Of a DNA stretch of 64,000 nt, positions 45,899 through 56,811 are shown one piece after another. Source of the DNA: an uncultured Acidimicrobiia bacterium. Lineage in GTDB: Bacteria > Actinomycetota > Acidimicrobiia > Spongiisociales > UBA5794. A program made the translations under genes and the position numbers. The stretch lies in NCBI GenBank assembly GCA_963834375.1, contig CAWIBM010000001.1:69864-133863 (forward strand), read 5' to 3'. Under the pieces are notes generated by a model that was not told the DNA's origin, did no database searches, and saw only the letters and a program-made list of their open reading frames with translations. Every line of letters begins with the position of its first letter. Position 1 is the first letter of the stretch.

Positions 45899-46303
45899 CT
45901 ATTCACCCCGGTAGGTGCCGAAGCTCCACAGGTTCCCCTCGGGGTCGCGAACAGTAAATCCCCGAGATCCGTAGTCCTCGTCGACCAGCCCCCGCACGAC
46001 CTGCGCACCCGCAGCGGTGGCCCGTCGGAAAAGGCCGTCAGGGTCGTCGCACGCCACGTACACCGCGTCGTTGCCGGGTGCGCGCTGCCCGAACGGGGAG
46101 TCGTCCTTGCCGGCGGTGCCGAGCATGACACCGCCGCCCAGTGGCCAGCGCATCTCGGCGTGCTCGACTATCGCCTGGTCGTCGTCACGGGCGTGCACCG
46201 CGGTCTCTTCGAGGCCGAACGCAATGTTCAGGAACGAGATGGCGGCTCGGGCATCACGGTAGGTGAGAATGGGCCAGACGGCCGATTCGGTGTGGTTGCT
46301 CAT
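45899..46303 (-). CDS. VOC-family (glyoxalase/bleomycin-resistance fold) protein
   Basis: MSNHTESAVWPILTYRDARAAISFLNIAFGLEE...HAEMRW..GGVMLG...DYGSRGFTVRDPEGNLWSFGTY. Intact. Confidence 0.8.
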   Translation of the reverse strand: MSNHTESAVWPILTYRDARAAISFLNIAFGLEETAVHARDDDQAIVEHAEMRWPLGGGVMLGTAGKDDSPFGQRAPGNDAVYVACDDPDGLFRRATAAGAQVVRGLVDEDYGSRGFTVRDPEGNLWSFGTYRGE

Positions 46304-46313
46304 GCATCGATGA

Positions 46314-47150
46314 TCACACGCCGATCGTCGAGGTGTCTTGGAATAATGGAAGATCCTCACCCGACAGCTGGGTAGGAGTGCAGCCCGCCAGCTCGGCGAA
46401 GTCCCGGTATAGGTGGGCCTGGTCGTAGTAGCCGCACGACTCCGCTACCTGCGCAGTCGACACGAACGATGGGACCGATGCGAGCATGCGTCGTGCCCGT
46501 TCGAAGCGAACGACCCGGGCTGCGAGCTTGGGGCTCAGCCCGAACTCGTCGAGGAAGCGGCGTCCCAGATGCTGGCGGCTGTAACCTGTCTCCTCCGCCA
46601 GGTCGCTCACCGAGATCTGACCACCCGATGAAACCAGTGCTTCCCAGCAGCGCTGCAACTCTCCAGCGACGACATCCTGGCCGGCGAGACGGGTCAGGAC
46701 GTCGTCGCACACGGCGAACCGCTCCGCCCATCCGGTGGTGACCTGGAGCCGCTCCCACAACTCCGCTCCGCGGGCGCCCACGACATGGGCGAATTCCATC
46801 GATACGTCCCATAGCTCCCTGGCAGGCATGCCAAAGATCGACCGGCTCCCTAGGGGGGTCATCTCGATGGCCACTCCCTCCTGATTGCCGTCGTGAGCGA
46901 TCAACGCGGGTGATGCCTGAAGCCCGCTCGAGACACAGCTGTAACGCTGCGGGCGCTGCGCCGGATTGGTCTGGGCGACAACATCGATGCCTTGTCCGAT
47001 GCTGACGATGAATGTCATGTGCCGCCCCGGCAGACCCCGATGAACCCCGGGATGAAACCCGACCAGGCGATACCCGACATACCGGTCGACGAAAGCGCGC
47101 AGCCGACCTGTCGGTGCTCGCGTCACGCATTCCTGAACGGGTTCGGTCAT
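46314..47150 (-). CDS. AraC-family transcriptional regulator
   Basis: Intact 278 aa. C-terminal double HTH: [45 protein letters not shown] ... [24 protein letters not shown]. Confidence 0.85.
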   Translation of the reverse strand: MTEPVQECVTRAPTGRLRAFVDRYVGYRLVGFHPGVHRGLPGRHMTFIVSIGQGIDVVAQTNPAQRPQRYSCVSSGLQASPALIAHDGNQEGVAIEMTPLGSRSIFGMPARELWDVSMEFAHVVGARGAELWERLQVTTGWAERFAVCDDVLTRLAGQDVVAGELQRCWEALVSSGGQISVSDLAEETGYSRQHLGRRFLDEFGLSPKLAARVVRFERARRMLASVPSFVSTAQVAESCGYYDQAHLYRDFAELAGCTPTQLSGEDLPLFQDTSTIGV

Positions 47151-47292
47151 CCGCAGACTGTACCTGGAGGGAGATCTGCTCCCGGCAGGCCGCCGAGGCT
47201 CGGCTGCCGTCGCGGAGCCGCCGATCCCTGCTCTCTATACAATCGGGCGCCGTTGCGATCCGAGGGCAGTTGCCGACGAGGGAGGACGCCGC

Positions 47293-48485
47293 TTGAAGAC
47301 CCACGCCGTCACCATGCTGGGGACCGGGCTGATCGGTGACTTCTACACGATGACCCTGCACGGTCAACGGGGCCGCGACCGGGTTGGGGTCGTGTACTCC
47401 CGCACCGAAGAGCGGGCGGCGGCGTTCGCCGAGCGGTGGGACATCCCCGCCACGTCGACCGACATGCGCCGAGGCGATCGAGCCATCCCGACACCGACGT
47501 GGTGGTGGTCGGCACTCCCCAACCATCTCCACGAGGAGGCGATCACCCTCGCCGCCGACGCCGGCAAGGCGATGCTGTGCACCAAGCCGCTGGCCCGCAC
47601 CGCCGACGAGGCGAAGCGGATCCTCGACAAGGTGGAGGCGGCCGGGGTGTTCGCCGGGTACCTCGAGGACCTCTGCTACACCCCGAAGACGCTTAAGGCG
47701 ATCGCCGCCGTCGAGGGCGGGGCGGTCGGCGACGTCACCTGGGTGCGCTCCCGGGAGACCCACCCGGGCCCGCACAGCGCCTGGTTCTGGTCGAGCGATC
47801 TCGCCGGCGGCGGCGCCGTTGTCGACCTCGGATGCCACTGCATCGAGATCATCCGCTGCTTCGTCGGCAAGGGGAACCGCCCGGTCGAGGTGATGGGCGT
47901 GGTCGACACCTTCGTCCATCCGATCGAGGCCGAGGACAACGCGGTGGCGCTGATCCGGTTCGAGTCGGGCGCCATCGGCCAGTTCGAGGTGAGCTGGACC
48001 TTCCGGGGAGGGATGGACCTGCGCGACGAGGTGGCCGGCACCGAGGGCACCATCTGGCTCAACCACTTCCTGCGCACCGGCTACGAGATGTTCACCTCGG
48101 GCGGAGGCGGCGGCTACGTCGCCGAGAAGGCGGAGACGTCGGCGGGGTGGCTGTTCCCGGTGGGGGACGAGGTGGTGGAGCTCGGCTACGTCGACATGTT
48201 CGCCGACATGTTCGACGCCCTGGATGCCGGCACCGAGCCGAGGGAGACCTTCTACGACGGGTACGTGGTGAACGGGATCATCGACGCCGTGTACCGCTCC
48301 GCCGCCTCGAAGCAGTGGGAGCCTGTCGACATCGAATGGCGGGGCGAGTCGACCCCGCCCATCGCCAAGCCGGCGGCCACCTTCGAGCGCTACACCGTCA
48401 TCAAGGAGGAGGTCCTCCCCGACGGCCGGCGCAAGATGATCCTCAAGGACCCGACACCGGCGAGTTCCACGACCGCATCGTCTGA
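47293..48485 (+). pseudogene. Gfo/Idh/MocA-family oxidoreductase; three compensating 1-nt insertions at about 47462-47520 plus one frameshift near 48450
   Basis: GAGGGAGGA SD precedes TTG 47293. [11 protein letters not shown] Rossmann start, [25 protein letters not shown] and [12 protein letters not shown] appear in the two alternative frames. The end is ...[10 protein letters not shown]. Confidence 0.8.
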
Positions 48486-48498
48486 CCGAAAGGCAGCC

Positions 48499-49941
48499 AT
48501 GACCACCGCACCCCGCTGCGCAACTTCATCGACGGCGACTTCGCCGAGCCCGCCGAGGGCGCGTTCCGCGCCGGTGGTGAACCCGGCCACCGAGCGACGC
48601 CTACATCGAGGCCCCGGTGTCGTCGGCGGCCGACGTCGACCGGGCGATGCGGGCGGCGGCCACCGCATTCGAGACGTGGCGGGACACCACGCCGGGTGAG
48701 CGGCAGCTGCATGCTGTTGCGGCTCGCCGATGCCATCGAGGCGGACGCCGACAACCTGGCCGACCTGGAGAGCGCCAACACCGGCAAGCCCCGCCACCTC
48801 GCGCTCGGCGACGAGATCCCCCCGATGGTCGACCAGATCCGGTTCTTCGCCGGTGCCGCCCGCGTCCTCGAGGGGCTGTCGGCCGGCGAGTACATGGCAG
48901 GCCACACCTCGATGATCCGCCGCGAGCCGATCGGGGTGTGCGCCCAGGTCACTCCCTGGAACTACCCGATGATGATGGCGGTGTGGAAGATCGCCCCGGC
49001 GCTCGCCGCGGGCAACACGGTGGTGCTCAAGCCGAGCGACACCACCCCGGTGACCACGCTCCGGCTCGCCGAGCTCGCCGCCGGCATCTTCCCGCGCGGG
49101 GGTGCTCAACGTCATCACCGGCGACCGCGACACCGGGAAGGCGATGATCGAGCACCCCATCCCGCAGATGGTGTCGATCACCGGTTCGGTTCGGGCGGGG
49201 ATGCAGGTGGCGACTTCGGCGGCTGCCGACCTGAAGCGCACCCATCTCGAGCTCGGGGGCAAGGCGCCGGTGATCGTGTTCGACGACGCCGACTGCCGCC
49301 GCCGCGGCTGAAGCCATCGCCGGTGCCGGCTACTACAACGCCGGGCAGGACTGCACCGCCGCCACCCGGGTGCTCGCCGGGCCCGGCATCCACGACGAGT
49401 TCGTCGCCGCCCTCACCGAGCAGGCGGAAGGGACATCGGTCGGCATGCCCGACGACGAGGGCGCCGACCTTCGGCCCGGTCAACAACCCCACCCAGCTCG
49501 ACCAGGTCTCCGGGTTCATCGACCGGCTCCCCGACCACGCCGTGCTCAACACCGGCGGGAAGCGGGTGGGCGACACCGGCTTCTTCTACGCCCCCACCGT
49601 CGTGTCCGGCCTGGTCCAGGAGGACGAGGCGAGCCAGAACGAGATCTTCGGCCCGGTGATCACCGTGCAGCGCTTCACCGACGAGGACCAGGCGCTGGCC
49701 TGGGCCAACGGGGTCCGTTACGGGCTGGCGTCATCGGTGTGGACCCGGGACCACGGGCGGGCGATGCGGATGGCGAAGCGGCTCGACTTCGGGTGCGTGT
49801 GGATCAACACCCACATCCCGCTGGTCGCCGAGATGCCCCACGGCGGGTTCAAGCACTCCGGGCTACGGCAAGGACCTGTCGATGTACGGCTTCGAGGACT
49901 ACACCCGCATCAAGCACGTGATGAGCAACATCGAGGGTTGA
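48499..49941 (+). pseudogene. NAD(P)-dependent aldehyde dehydrogenase (aminobutyraldehyde-DH-like), at least 6 frameshifts
   Basis: [92 protein letters not shown], end ...KHVMSNIEG*. Confidence 0.85.
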
Positions 49942-49945
49942 GCGA

Positions 49946-50819
49946 TCAGGTTCGCCAGGCGAGCCAGCGCGCCGGGTTGTCGACCAGCAGCTCCGTGATC
50001 GTGGCCGGCTCGACACCGTGCCGCCAGGGGGGGACGAACCCGGTGAGCAGCGAGGCCAACCCGGGGTTCCCTCCCAGCGAGGCCCACAGGCTGCGGCGGG
50101 CGCCGTCGGTCCCGAGCATCATCGCCCGGCGTGGCCGGCGGCGAGCATCGCCACGACGAGATCGGCTGGTGGCCTCCGGTCGACCGCAGGCACTGGTCGT
50201 AGACCAGGTTCACTCCGGAGGCGAGCAGATCGTCGGTGGTAGCCGGCGTCGTCGACCTTGTCGGTGTGGGACAGCGCGACCCGCCCGGGGTCGACCCCGA
50301 GGTCGGTGAGCAGCGCCGACCTGCTCGGGCCCGCCCGGCGCCGTTCTCGCAGTGGGTGAGGATCGGCGCCCCGGTGACGGCGGCCGCCTCGGCGGCGGCG
50401 GCGAAGAGCGCCCTGCGCCCTGGCTCGACATCCGTCGGGGCCGGTGGACACCTTGATCGACCCCGCACGGATGCTCGCGGCGCGGTCAGGTCGGCGACGA
50501 AACGGTCGACGAGGTCGGCGGGGCGGCGTGGCGGCGGGGCGACGTCGTACCTGGCCGTGTGCAGCCCCGTGCCGGCGACGACGTGCACACCGGTGCGCCG
50601 GCTGATCGCCGCCAGCCGGGCCGGCGTCACCGCCCTGCGCCACCGGCATGGCGTCGACCACCGTCCCAAGTCCGGCGCGGCGCCACGGGCTCGAGCTCGG
50701 CGACGGCGTCCTCCACCGACGGGAGATGGATCTCGGGGAACCGGTCGGCGACCACCGGGCGAGTCGATGATCAGGTGCTCGTGGCAGGCGGTCACACCCA
50801 GCGCCGTGGGCGGGGACAT
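49946..50819 (-). pseudogene. Phosphotriesterase-family (PTE/PHP-like amidohydrolase) protein, several frameshifts
   Basis: GVTACHEHLIID, RTGVHVVAGTGLH, GAPILTHCENG, VNLVYD, end ...[17 protein letters not shown]. Confidence 0.65.
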
Positions 50820-50844
50820 CGCCGAGTGACGGTGCGGACGACGC

Positions 50845-51168
50845 TCAACGTTCGGCCAGGTACCGGTCGACCACGGCGAGCTGGGAGCGCAGGGCGGCGG
50901 CGGCGTCCCGGCGATCGTGCGCCTCGTAGGTGGCGATGGCGGCGGCCAGCTCGTCCGCCTCGCCGCTCACGATGCGCAGCGCCTCGTCCTCACCGACGTG
51001 GCGCCGGGGTACGTCCGCCGTCCCGACCGTCCCGAGGGCCGGCCCCGGCGGAACGGCGGCGGCGTTGTCGATCGCCGCCACGAGTGTGCGCAGCACCCGG
51101 GCCGTCTCCAGGTCACGGGCGGCGAGGGCGGCGGCGAGGTCCTGCTTCAGCCGGTCGTGCAAGGTCAT
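50845..51168 (-). CDS. GatB/YqeY-domain protein
   Basis: Intact 107 aa: MTLHDRLKQDLAAALAARDLETARVLRTLVAAIDNA...DEALRIVSGEADELAAAIATYEAHDRRDAAAALRSQLAVVDRYL. Confidence 0.75.
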   Translation of the reverse strand: MTLHDRLKQDLAAALAARDLETARVLRTLVAAIDNAAAVPPGPALGTVGTADVPRRHVGEDEALRIVSGEADELAAAIATYEAHDRRDAAAALRSQLAVVDRYLAER

Positions 51169-51197
51169 CGTGCCCGGGACGCTACCCAACGGGTCGG

Positions 51198-52522
51198 TCA
51201 CAGCTCGACGATGGCACCCTGGCGCCGCAGGCTCTCCTGCACCTGCGGCGGCGGCGATCGTGCGGACCTCGCCGGTGGCGACGGCCATCGCCGCCGCCGT
51301 GCCCGCCGCCTGCCCCATCGCCATGCACTGCGCCATCGAGCGGATCGAGGCCTGGGCGTCGTGGGTGGCGGAGAAGCATCGACCGGCGACGAGCGTGTTG
51401 ACCGAGTCGCGGACCACCAGGCTCGACAGCGGGATCCCGACCGCCTCGCCGTCCGGGAGGTACTCCCAGGTGGTCCCGGTCCCGGCGCCACCGTGGTGGT
51501 CCTCGATCGGGGCGCCGCACAGCCCGATCTGGTCGTCGAACTGGCGGGCCGACAGCACGTCGTCGCGGGTGACCCGGTAGTCGCCGTGGACCCGGCGCGT
51601 CTCCCGCAGCCCGATCTGGGTGCCCAGGGCGATCAGCGAGGCGTTCTCGTAGCCGGGAACCCGGGCGACGAGGAAGCGGGCGTACTCGAGCGCCTGGCGG
51701 CGACCCTCCATCTCGGCGGCGGTGAGGACGTCGGGGTCGGTGGCGTTGCGTACCGTGCCGTCGGGCGCGACCGAGACGTGCTCGATGCGGGTCATCACCG
51801 TGGCCGTCATCCCGTCGACCGGGGTGATGTGGTCGCTGCCGTCGCGTCGGGGGAGGTCGAAGTCACCGCTCCCGGTGGCCTCGGCCATCAATTCGTGGAG
51901 CTCGGTCCCGGCTCACCTCCCGGCGCCGCTCCATGTCGACGTTGCACCATCCGGAAGGTGGTGGTCAGGGTCTGGGCGGGCCCGTCCGAGTCCCGGCCAG
52001 CTCGTAGCCGAACCCGGCGTGGTGGCACACGTCGGCATCACCCGAGGCGTCGACAACGACGGCGGCGTCGACGGTGCGCAGCCCCGCCTTGGTGGCGACG
52101 GTGAGCCGGGTGACCCGACCGTCCTCGACCTCGGCGTCCTGGACGAACCCGTGGAGCAGCACCGACGCCCCGGCCTCGGTGACCAGCCGCTCCCACACCA
52201 GCTTCAGGTGCTCGGCGAGATAGGTGACCCCGGTGCCGGCGCCGTAGGTGTTGGGTCGCTCCACCACCGGGCCGAGCGCCGCCAGGCCGGCGACGACGTC
52301 GTCGCCGATGCCGGCCACCACCTTCCGCGCCTGCGAGCCCGGGGTGTAGAAGCCGTAGAAGGTGTCGAGCACCGCGGTCGAGTTCCCTCCGAGGAACGGG
52401 AGCTTCTCGATGAGCAGGGTGCGCGCCCCGCTCCGGGCGGCGGCGATGGCGGCCGGCGACCCGGCCGACCCCGACCCCACCACCACCACATCGAAGTCCC
52501 GTGACCGGTCAGGCGCTGCCAC
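51198..52522 (-). pseudogene. FAD-dependent oxidoreductase (FAD_oxidored / GIDA-like family), 2-3 frameshifts
   Basis: FDVVVVGSGSAGSPAAIAAARSGARTLLIEKLPFLGGNST, DASGDADVCHHAG, RETRRVHGDY, VAGRCFSATHDAQASIRSMAQCMAMGQAAG, end ...LRRQGAIVEL*. Confidence 0.75.
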
Positions 52523-52531
52523 CGAGATCGC

Positions 52532-52655
52532 CGAACCTGAGGTTCCTGACGTATCGCTCCGATAGGGAATCCTCTCAAGCTCGACCCAGCCTCGGTCCGG
52601 GCACCGAACTTCAGGCGATTGCCTATCGCTCCGACATGCCAGGACCTCAGGTTCG
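52532..52655. repeat. Palindromic intergenic element, copy B
   Basis: Left arm 52532-52564: CGAACCTGAGGTTCCTGACGTATCGCTCCGATA. Right arm 52624-52655: TATCGCTCCGACATGCCAGGACCTCAGGTTCG. The internal segment matches copy A best in reverse orientation (GGCAATCGCCT.. / ..CTTGAGAGGAT). Confidence 0.8.
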
Positions 52656-52673
52656 CAGCATCGGGTTGTCCCG

Positions 52674-53589
52674 TCACACCACGTAGGGGGCGAGGACGTT
52701 GCGGGCGAGGAGGAAGCCGCGCTTGACCAGCTCGTCGGTCGCCCTCCCACTGGCGGTCCTCGTGCTCGACGCAGATCACCCCGTCGTAGCCGACCCGGTA
52801 CAGGGCCGAGAAGAACGCCGCCAGTCCACCTCGCCCAGCCCGGGGAGCCGGGGCACCTGCCACCCGATCCCCAGCGACAGGATGCCGTGGTCGAACAGCC
52901 CGTCGCCGTCGATCTCGAGGTCCTTGGCGTGGATGTGGTAGATCCGCTCGCCGAACTCGTCGATCACGCCCGGGATGTCGATCATCTGCCACACCAGGTG
53001 TGACGGGTCGAGGTTGAGCCCGACGGTCTCGCCGAACTCGTCGAACATCTCCCGCCAGATCGCCGGCGAGTAGGCCAGGTTGTTGCCCGAGGGCCACTCG
53101 TCGTTCGAGAAGATCATCGGGCAGTTCTCGATGGCGATCTTCACCCCGCTGTCGGCGGCGTGGCGCACCAGGTCGGGCCACACCTTCTTGGCGTCCTCCC
53201 AGTTGTCGGCCTGCGTCTTGGCGAGTCGGCGCCCGATGAAGGTGTTGACCACCGGGCACCTCCATCAGCGAGGCGGCGGTGATCACCTTGCGCAGGTGGT
53301 CGTGGACCGCCTCCCGGTGCTCCGGGTCGGGATGGAGCGGGTTCGGGTAGTAGCCCAGCCCGGAGATCTCGATGCCCCGGGTGGCGAGGTCGCCGACCAC
53401 GTCGGTCGCCTGGTCGGCGGAGAGGCCGTCGACGTCGAGGTGGCACACCCCGGCGTAGCGGCGGGCCACCCCCTCGGCCTTCGGCCAGGCGCACACCTCG
53501 AGGGCGGCGAACCCGTTGGCGGCGGCCCAGTCGGCCACCTCGGTGAGCGGGGTCTCGGGGAACGGTGCGGTGAGCAGTCCCAGCTTCAT
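52674..53589 (-). pseudogene. Sugar phosphate isomerase/epimerase (xylose-isomerase-like TIM barrel), 2 frameshifts
   Basis: MKLGLLTAPFPETPLTEVADWAAANGFAALEV, GVKIAIENCP, LNLDPSHLVWQ, IYHIHAKD, YDGVICVEHED. Confidence 0.8.
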
Positions 53590-54778
53590 GGTTGCGTTCC
53601 TCTCATTCCTCCTCGATCGACGTCGACCCAGCGGCCCTCCGCCGACGACCGGGCGACCGCCTCGGTGACGCACACCGCATCGTGGCCGTCGGCGAAGGTC
53701 GGGTAGGTGGGCTCGGGCGACGGGGCGCCCTTGACGACATCGGCGTACACCTGGGAGAAGAGCGCCCGGAACGTGTCCGGGTAGCCCTCGACGTGCCCGG
53801 CGGGATAGGCGATCAGCCGCGCCGCCTCGGGCGCGGCCATGCGTCGGGTCACGCTGCAGGATCTCGTTGGGCCGGCCCCGATGCCCGATCCACAGCCGGT
53901 CGGGCTCCTCGGAGTGCCAGGACAGTGCCGACTCGCTGCCGTCGACCTCGATGGTGACGCTGTTCTTGCGGCCCGCCGACACCTGGGAGATGGCGACCAG
54001 GCCGCGGGCGCCGTCCTCGAAACGGAGCATGATGGAGGCGGCGTCGTCGCTGGTCATCGTCTCCTCGATCAGGTCGCCGTGCATCCGCGCCATCGACCGG
54101 TCCGGCGAAGGTCTCCACCGGCCCGGCGGGGTGGCGCCGCACCGGGACCAGGGTGTGCAGCTCGGCCATCACCTCGACCACCCGCTTGCCGGTGATGAAC
54201 CTGGCCAGGTCGAGCCAGTGCGAGCCGATGTCGGCCACCGCCCGCAGCTCGCCGGCCCGCTCCGGCTCCAGCCGCCAGTTCCAGTCGGTGGGCAGCAGCA
54301 GCCAGTCCTGGAGGTACGCCCCGGTCACCAGCATCGGGCTCGCCGATCTCGCCGGAGGCGACCATCGCCGCCGCCTGATGACACGACGGGTAGAAGCGGA
54401 TGTTGAAGCACACCGCGTTCACCAGCCCCGACGCCTCGGCGGCGTCCACCATGGCGGCGGTCTCGCCGGCGTCGAGCCCCAGCGGCTTCTCGCACACCAC
54501 GTGCTTGCCGGCGGCGAGCGCCGCCCTCGCCTGGGCGGCGTGGACGTCGTTGGGGCTGGCGACGTGGACCACGTCGACCGACGTGTCGGCGAGGACGGCG
54601 TCGAGGTCGTCGTACACCAGCGGCAGGTTGGCCGCGCCGCCTTCGTCCTCGGCCCGGTCCGGGCGACGAGCCGACCACGCCGGCGACGTCGATGCCGAGC
54701 CGTGCGCAGCGCCTCGACGTGGGCGACGCCGATGAAGCCGACCCCGACCACCACCACCTTGACATCGGCCAGACCCAT
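53586..54778 (-). pseudogene. Gfo/Idh/MocA-family oxidoreductase, about 4 frameshifts
   Basis: VKVVVVGVGFIGVAHVEAL, VHVASPNDVHAAQARAALAAGKHVVCEKPL, IGSHWLDLARFITG, SQVSAGRKN. ATGA overlap with the downstream isomerase gene. Confidence 0.8.
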
Positions 54779-54788
54779 CCGCACCCTC

Positions 54789-55794
54789 CTATCCCTCCCC
54801 GGTCACCCGGGCGTACACCCAGGCGAGGCCGAGGACGATCGATCCGTACAGGACGTATTGCACCGCCTGGCCGGCGTTGAGGAACGTCAGCATCGACTGG
54901 AGCACGCCCGAGGATGAGGGCGCCGAGGATCGTCCCCGAGTAGGTGCCGATCCCGCCGAAGATCGACGTTCCCCCGATGACGGCGGCGGCCACCGACGGG
55001 AGCAGGAAGGCGGCGGCCAGCGACAGGTCGACGTTCCCCACCTTGCCGGCGAGCAGGATCCCGGCGACGGCGGCGAGCAGCCCGCTCAGCGTGTAGGCGA
55101 GCACCAGCACCTGCCACGACCGGACCCCGGCGAGCCGCATCGCCACCGGGTTGTCGCCCAGGCCGTAGAGCACGCGGCCGAACCCGGTGCGTCGCAACAT
55201 GAGGATGATCAGGGCGGCGATCACCGCCCAGATGACCACCGCCCACGGCACCCGGTTGCCGAGGAACGACCCGCCCCCGATGGTCCGGACGAACGAGCCC
55301 ATCGCCGTCGACCCGCCGAAGATGGTCTGCGCCCACGAGGTGAGCAGGCCGAGCAGGATGGCCGAGGTGGCCAGGGTCATGATCAGCGGGTTGACCCGGA
55401 AGACCCCGACCCCGAAGCCGTTGACCCCACCGGCGGCCACACCGGCCAGCAGCCCGAACAGGATGGCGACGAACGAGCCCTGCCCCGCCTGGTTGGCGAC
55501 GACGTAGGCGGCCAGGGTGGCGATCATCGTCACCGACAGGTCGATCCCGGCGGTGAGCATGAGGATGGTCTGCCCGGCCGCCAGGATCCCCAGCGGGGCG
55601 GCGAACAGCGCCGAGTTGCGCAGCCCGGTGACGCTGAGATACGACGGCTCGATGATCCCGGTGATCAGGATGAGCACGACCAGCACCGCCGCGAGCACCA
55701 CCAGGGGCCGCTCCCGCAGCCAGCGCGCCCAGGTGCCGGTCGACGGCACCGGCTGGTCCGGCTCGAGGGTCGGCGGGGCGAGGTCGGTGGTCAC
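54789..55794 (-). pseudogene. Sugar ABC transporter permease (ribose/xylose RbsC-type), one frameshift near 54900
   Basis: LAAGQTILMLTAGIDLSV, LGDNPVAMRLAGV, GGTSIFGGIGTYSGTILGALIL, end ...WVYARVTGEG*. GTGA overlap at 55791-55794. Confidence 0.85.
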
Positions 55795-56811
55795 GAGGCG
55801 CGCTGCCTGCGGAGTTGGAGCAGCCCGGCCACCATCATCACCAGGACGATGAGCAGCCCCTGGATGACCTGGGCCTGGTTGGGGTCGATCCCCATGGCGG
55901 TGAGCACCGGGTTGAGGAAGAACAGGACGATGCCGGCGGCCACCGCACCGATCACCGAGCCGACTCCGCCGGTGAGGGCGATGCCGCCGAGCACGATGGC
56001 GGCGACGGCGTTGAGGGTGGCGTAGGCGCCCAGGGTGAACCGGGGGTCGCCACGCCCGATGATGGCGGTGGTGGCCAGCCCGGCGAGGGCGGCGAACGCC
56101 CCACCGACGGCGTAGGCGGTCATCCGGGTGCGGGCGGTGTCCAGCCCGGACAGATAGGCGGCGGTGCGGCTGCTGCCCAGGGCGTACAGCGACAGACCCG
56201 GCGCGGGTGCGTCCCAGCCACCAGGCGACGATGGCCACCGGCACCGCCAGAGCCACCAGCGGCGGCCACGGGTTGCTCCCGATCCCCGATGCCGAGCCGG
56301 AGAAGATCCAGCGGAACCCGTCGCTGGTGCCGCCTGCCGGAGAGGGCAGCACGACCAGGGCGAAACCCGACAGGATGAAGCTGGTGGCCAGGGTCACCAC
56401 GATGTCGGGGACCCGTGACTTCTCGATCACCAAACCGACCCCGCCGTTGACCACGGCGGCGCCGACGATGATCAGCAGCCCCGATCACCAGGGTGACCGC
56501 CAGCGGCTGGCCCTCCATGGTGCGGGCGGCGACGCAGTTGGTGAGGACCATCATCGCCCCCACCGACAGGTCGATGCCGCCGGCGATCACGATCACCGCC
56601 TGGGCCACGGCGAGGAAGGCGAACGGCAGCCCGTTCTTGACGATGGAGGTGATCTCGAACGTCCCGAACCGGGGGATGAGCGTGGAGTACCACGCCACCA
56701 TCACCGCCAGCAGCAGCCACACCCCGGCGGTCCAGCCGTGGGCGCCGAGCCAGCGACGCGCCCCGGACTCGGGGACGTAGCCGGCCACGCTCTCGGGTGC
56801 CGGAGCGTCAC
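55791..56811 (-). pseudogene. Sugar ABC transporter permease (RbsC-type), about 4 frameshifts
   Basis: LAVAQAVIVIAGGIDLSVGAMMVL, VPDIVVTLATSFILSGFALV, AALAGLATTAIIGRGDP...LGGIALTGGVGSVIG. Confidence 0.8.

Noticed and set aside
47462-47520. Three closely spaced frame changes that restore the original frame could be programmed frameshifting or recoding.
   Set aside because: There is no slippery heptamer or downstream structure. The out-of-frame stretches encode the conserved Gfo/Idh/MocA residues ([17 protein letters not shown]). Each change is a single extra C. This fits indel error or mutation, not recoding.
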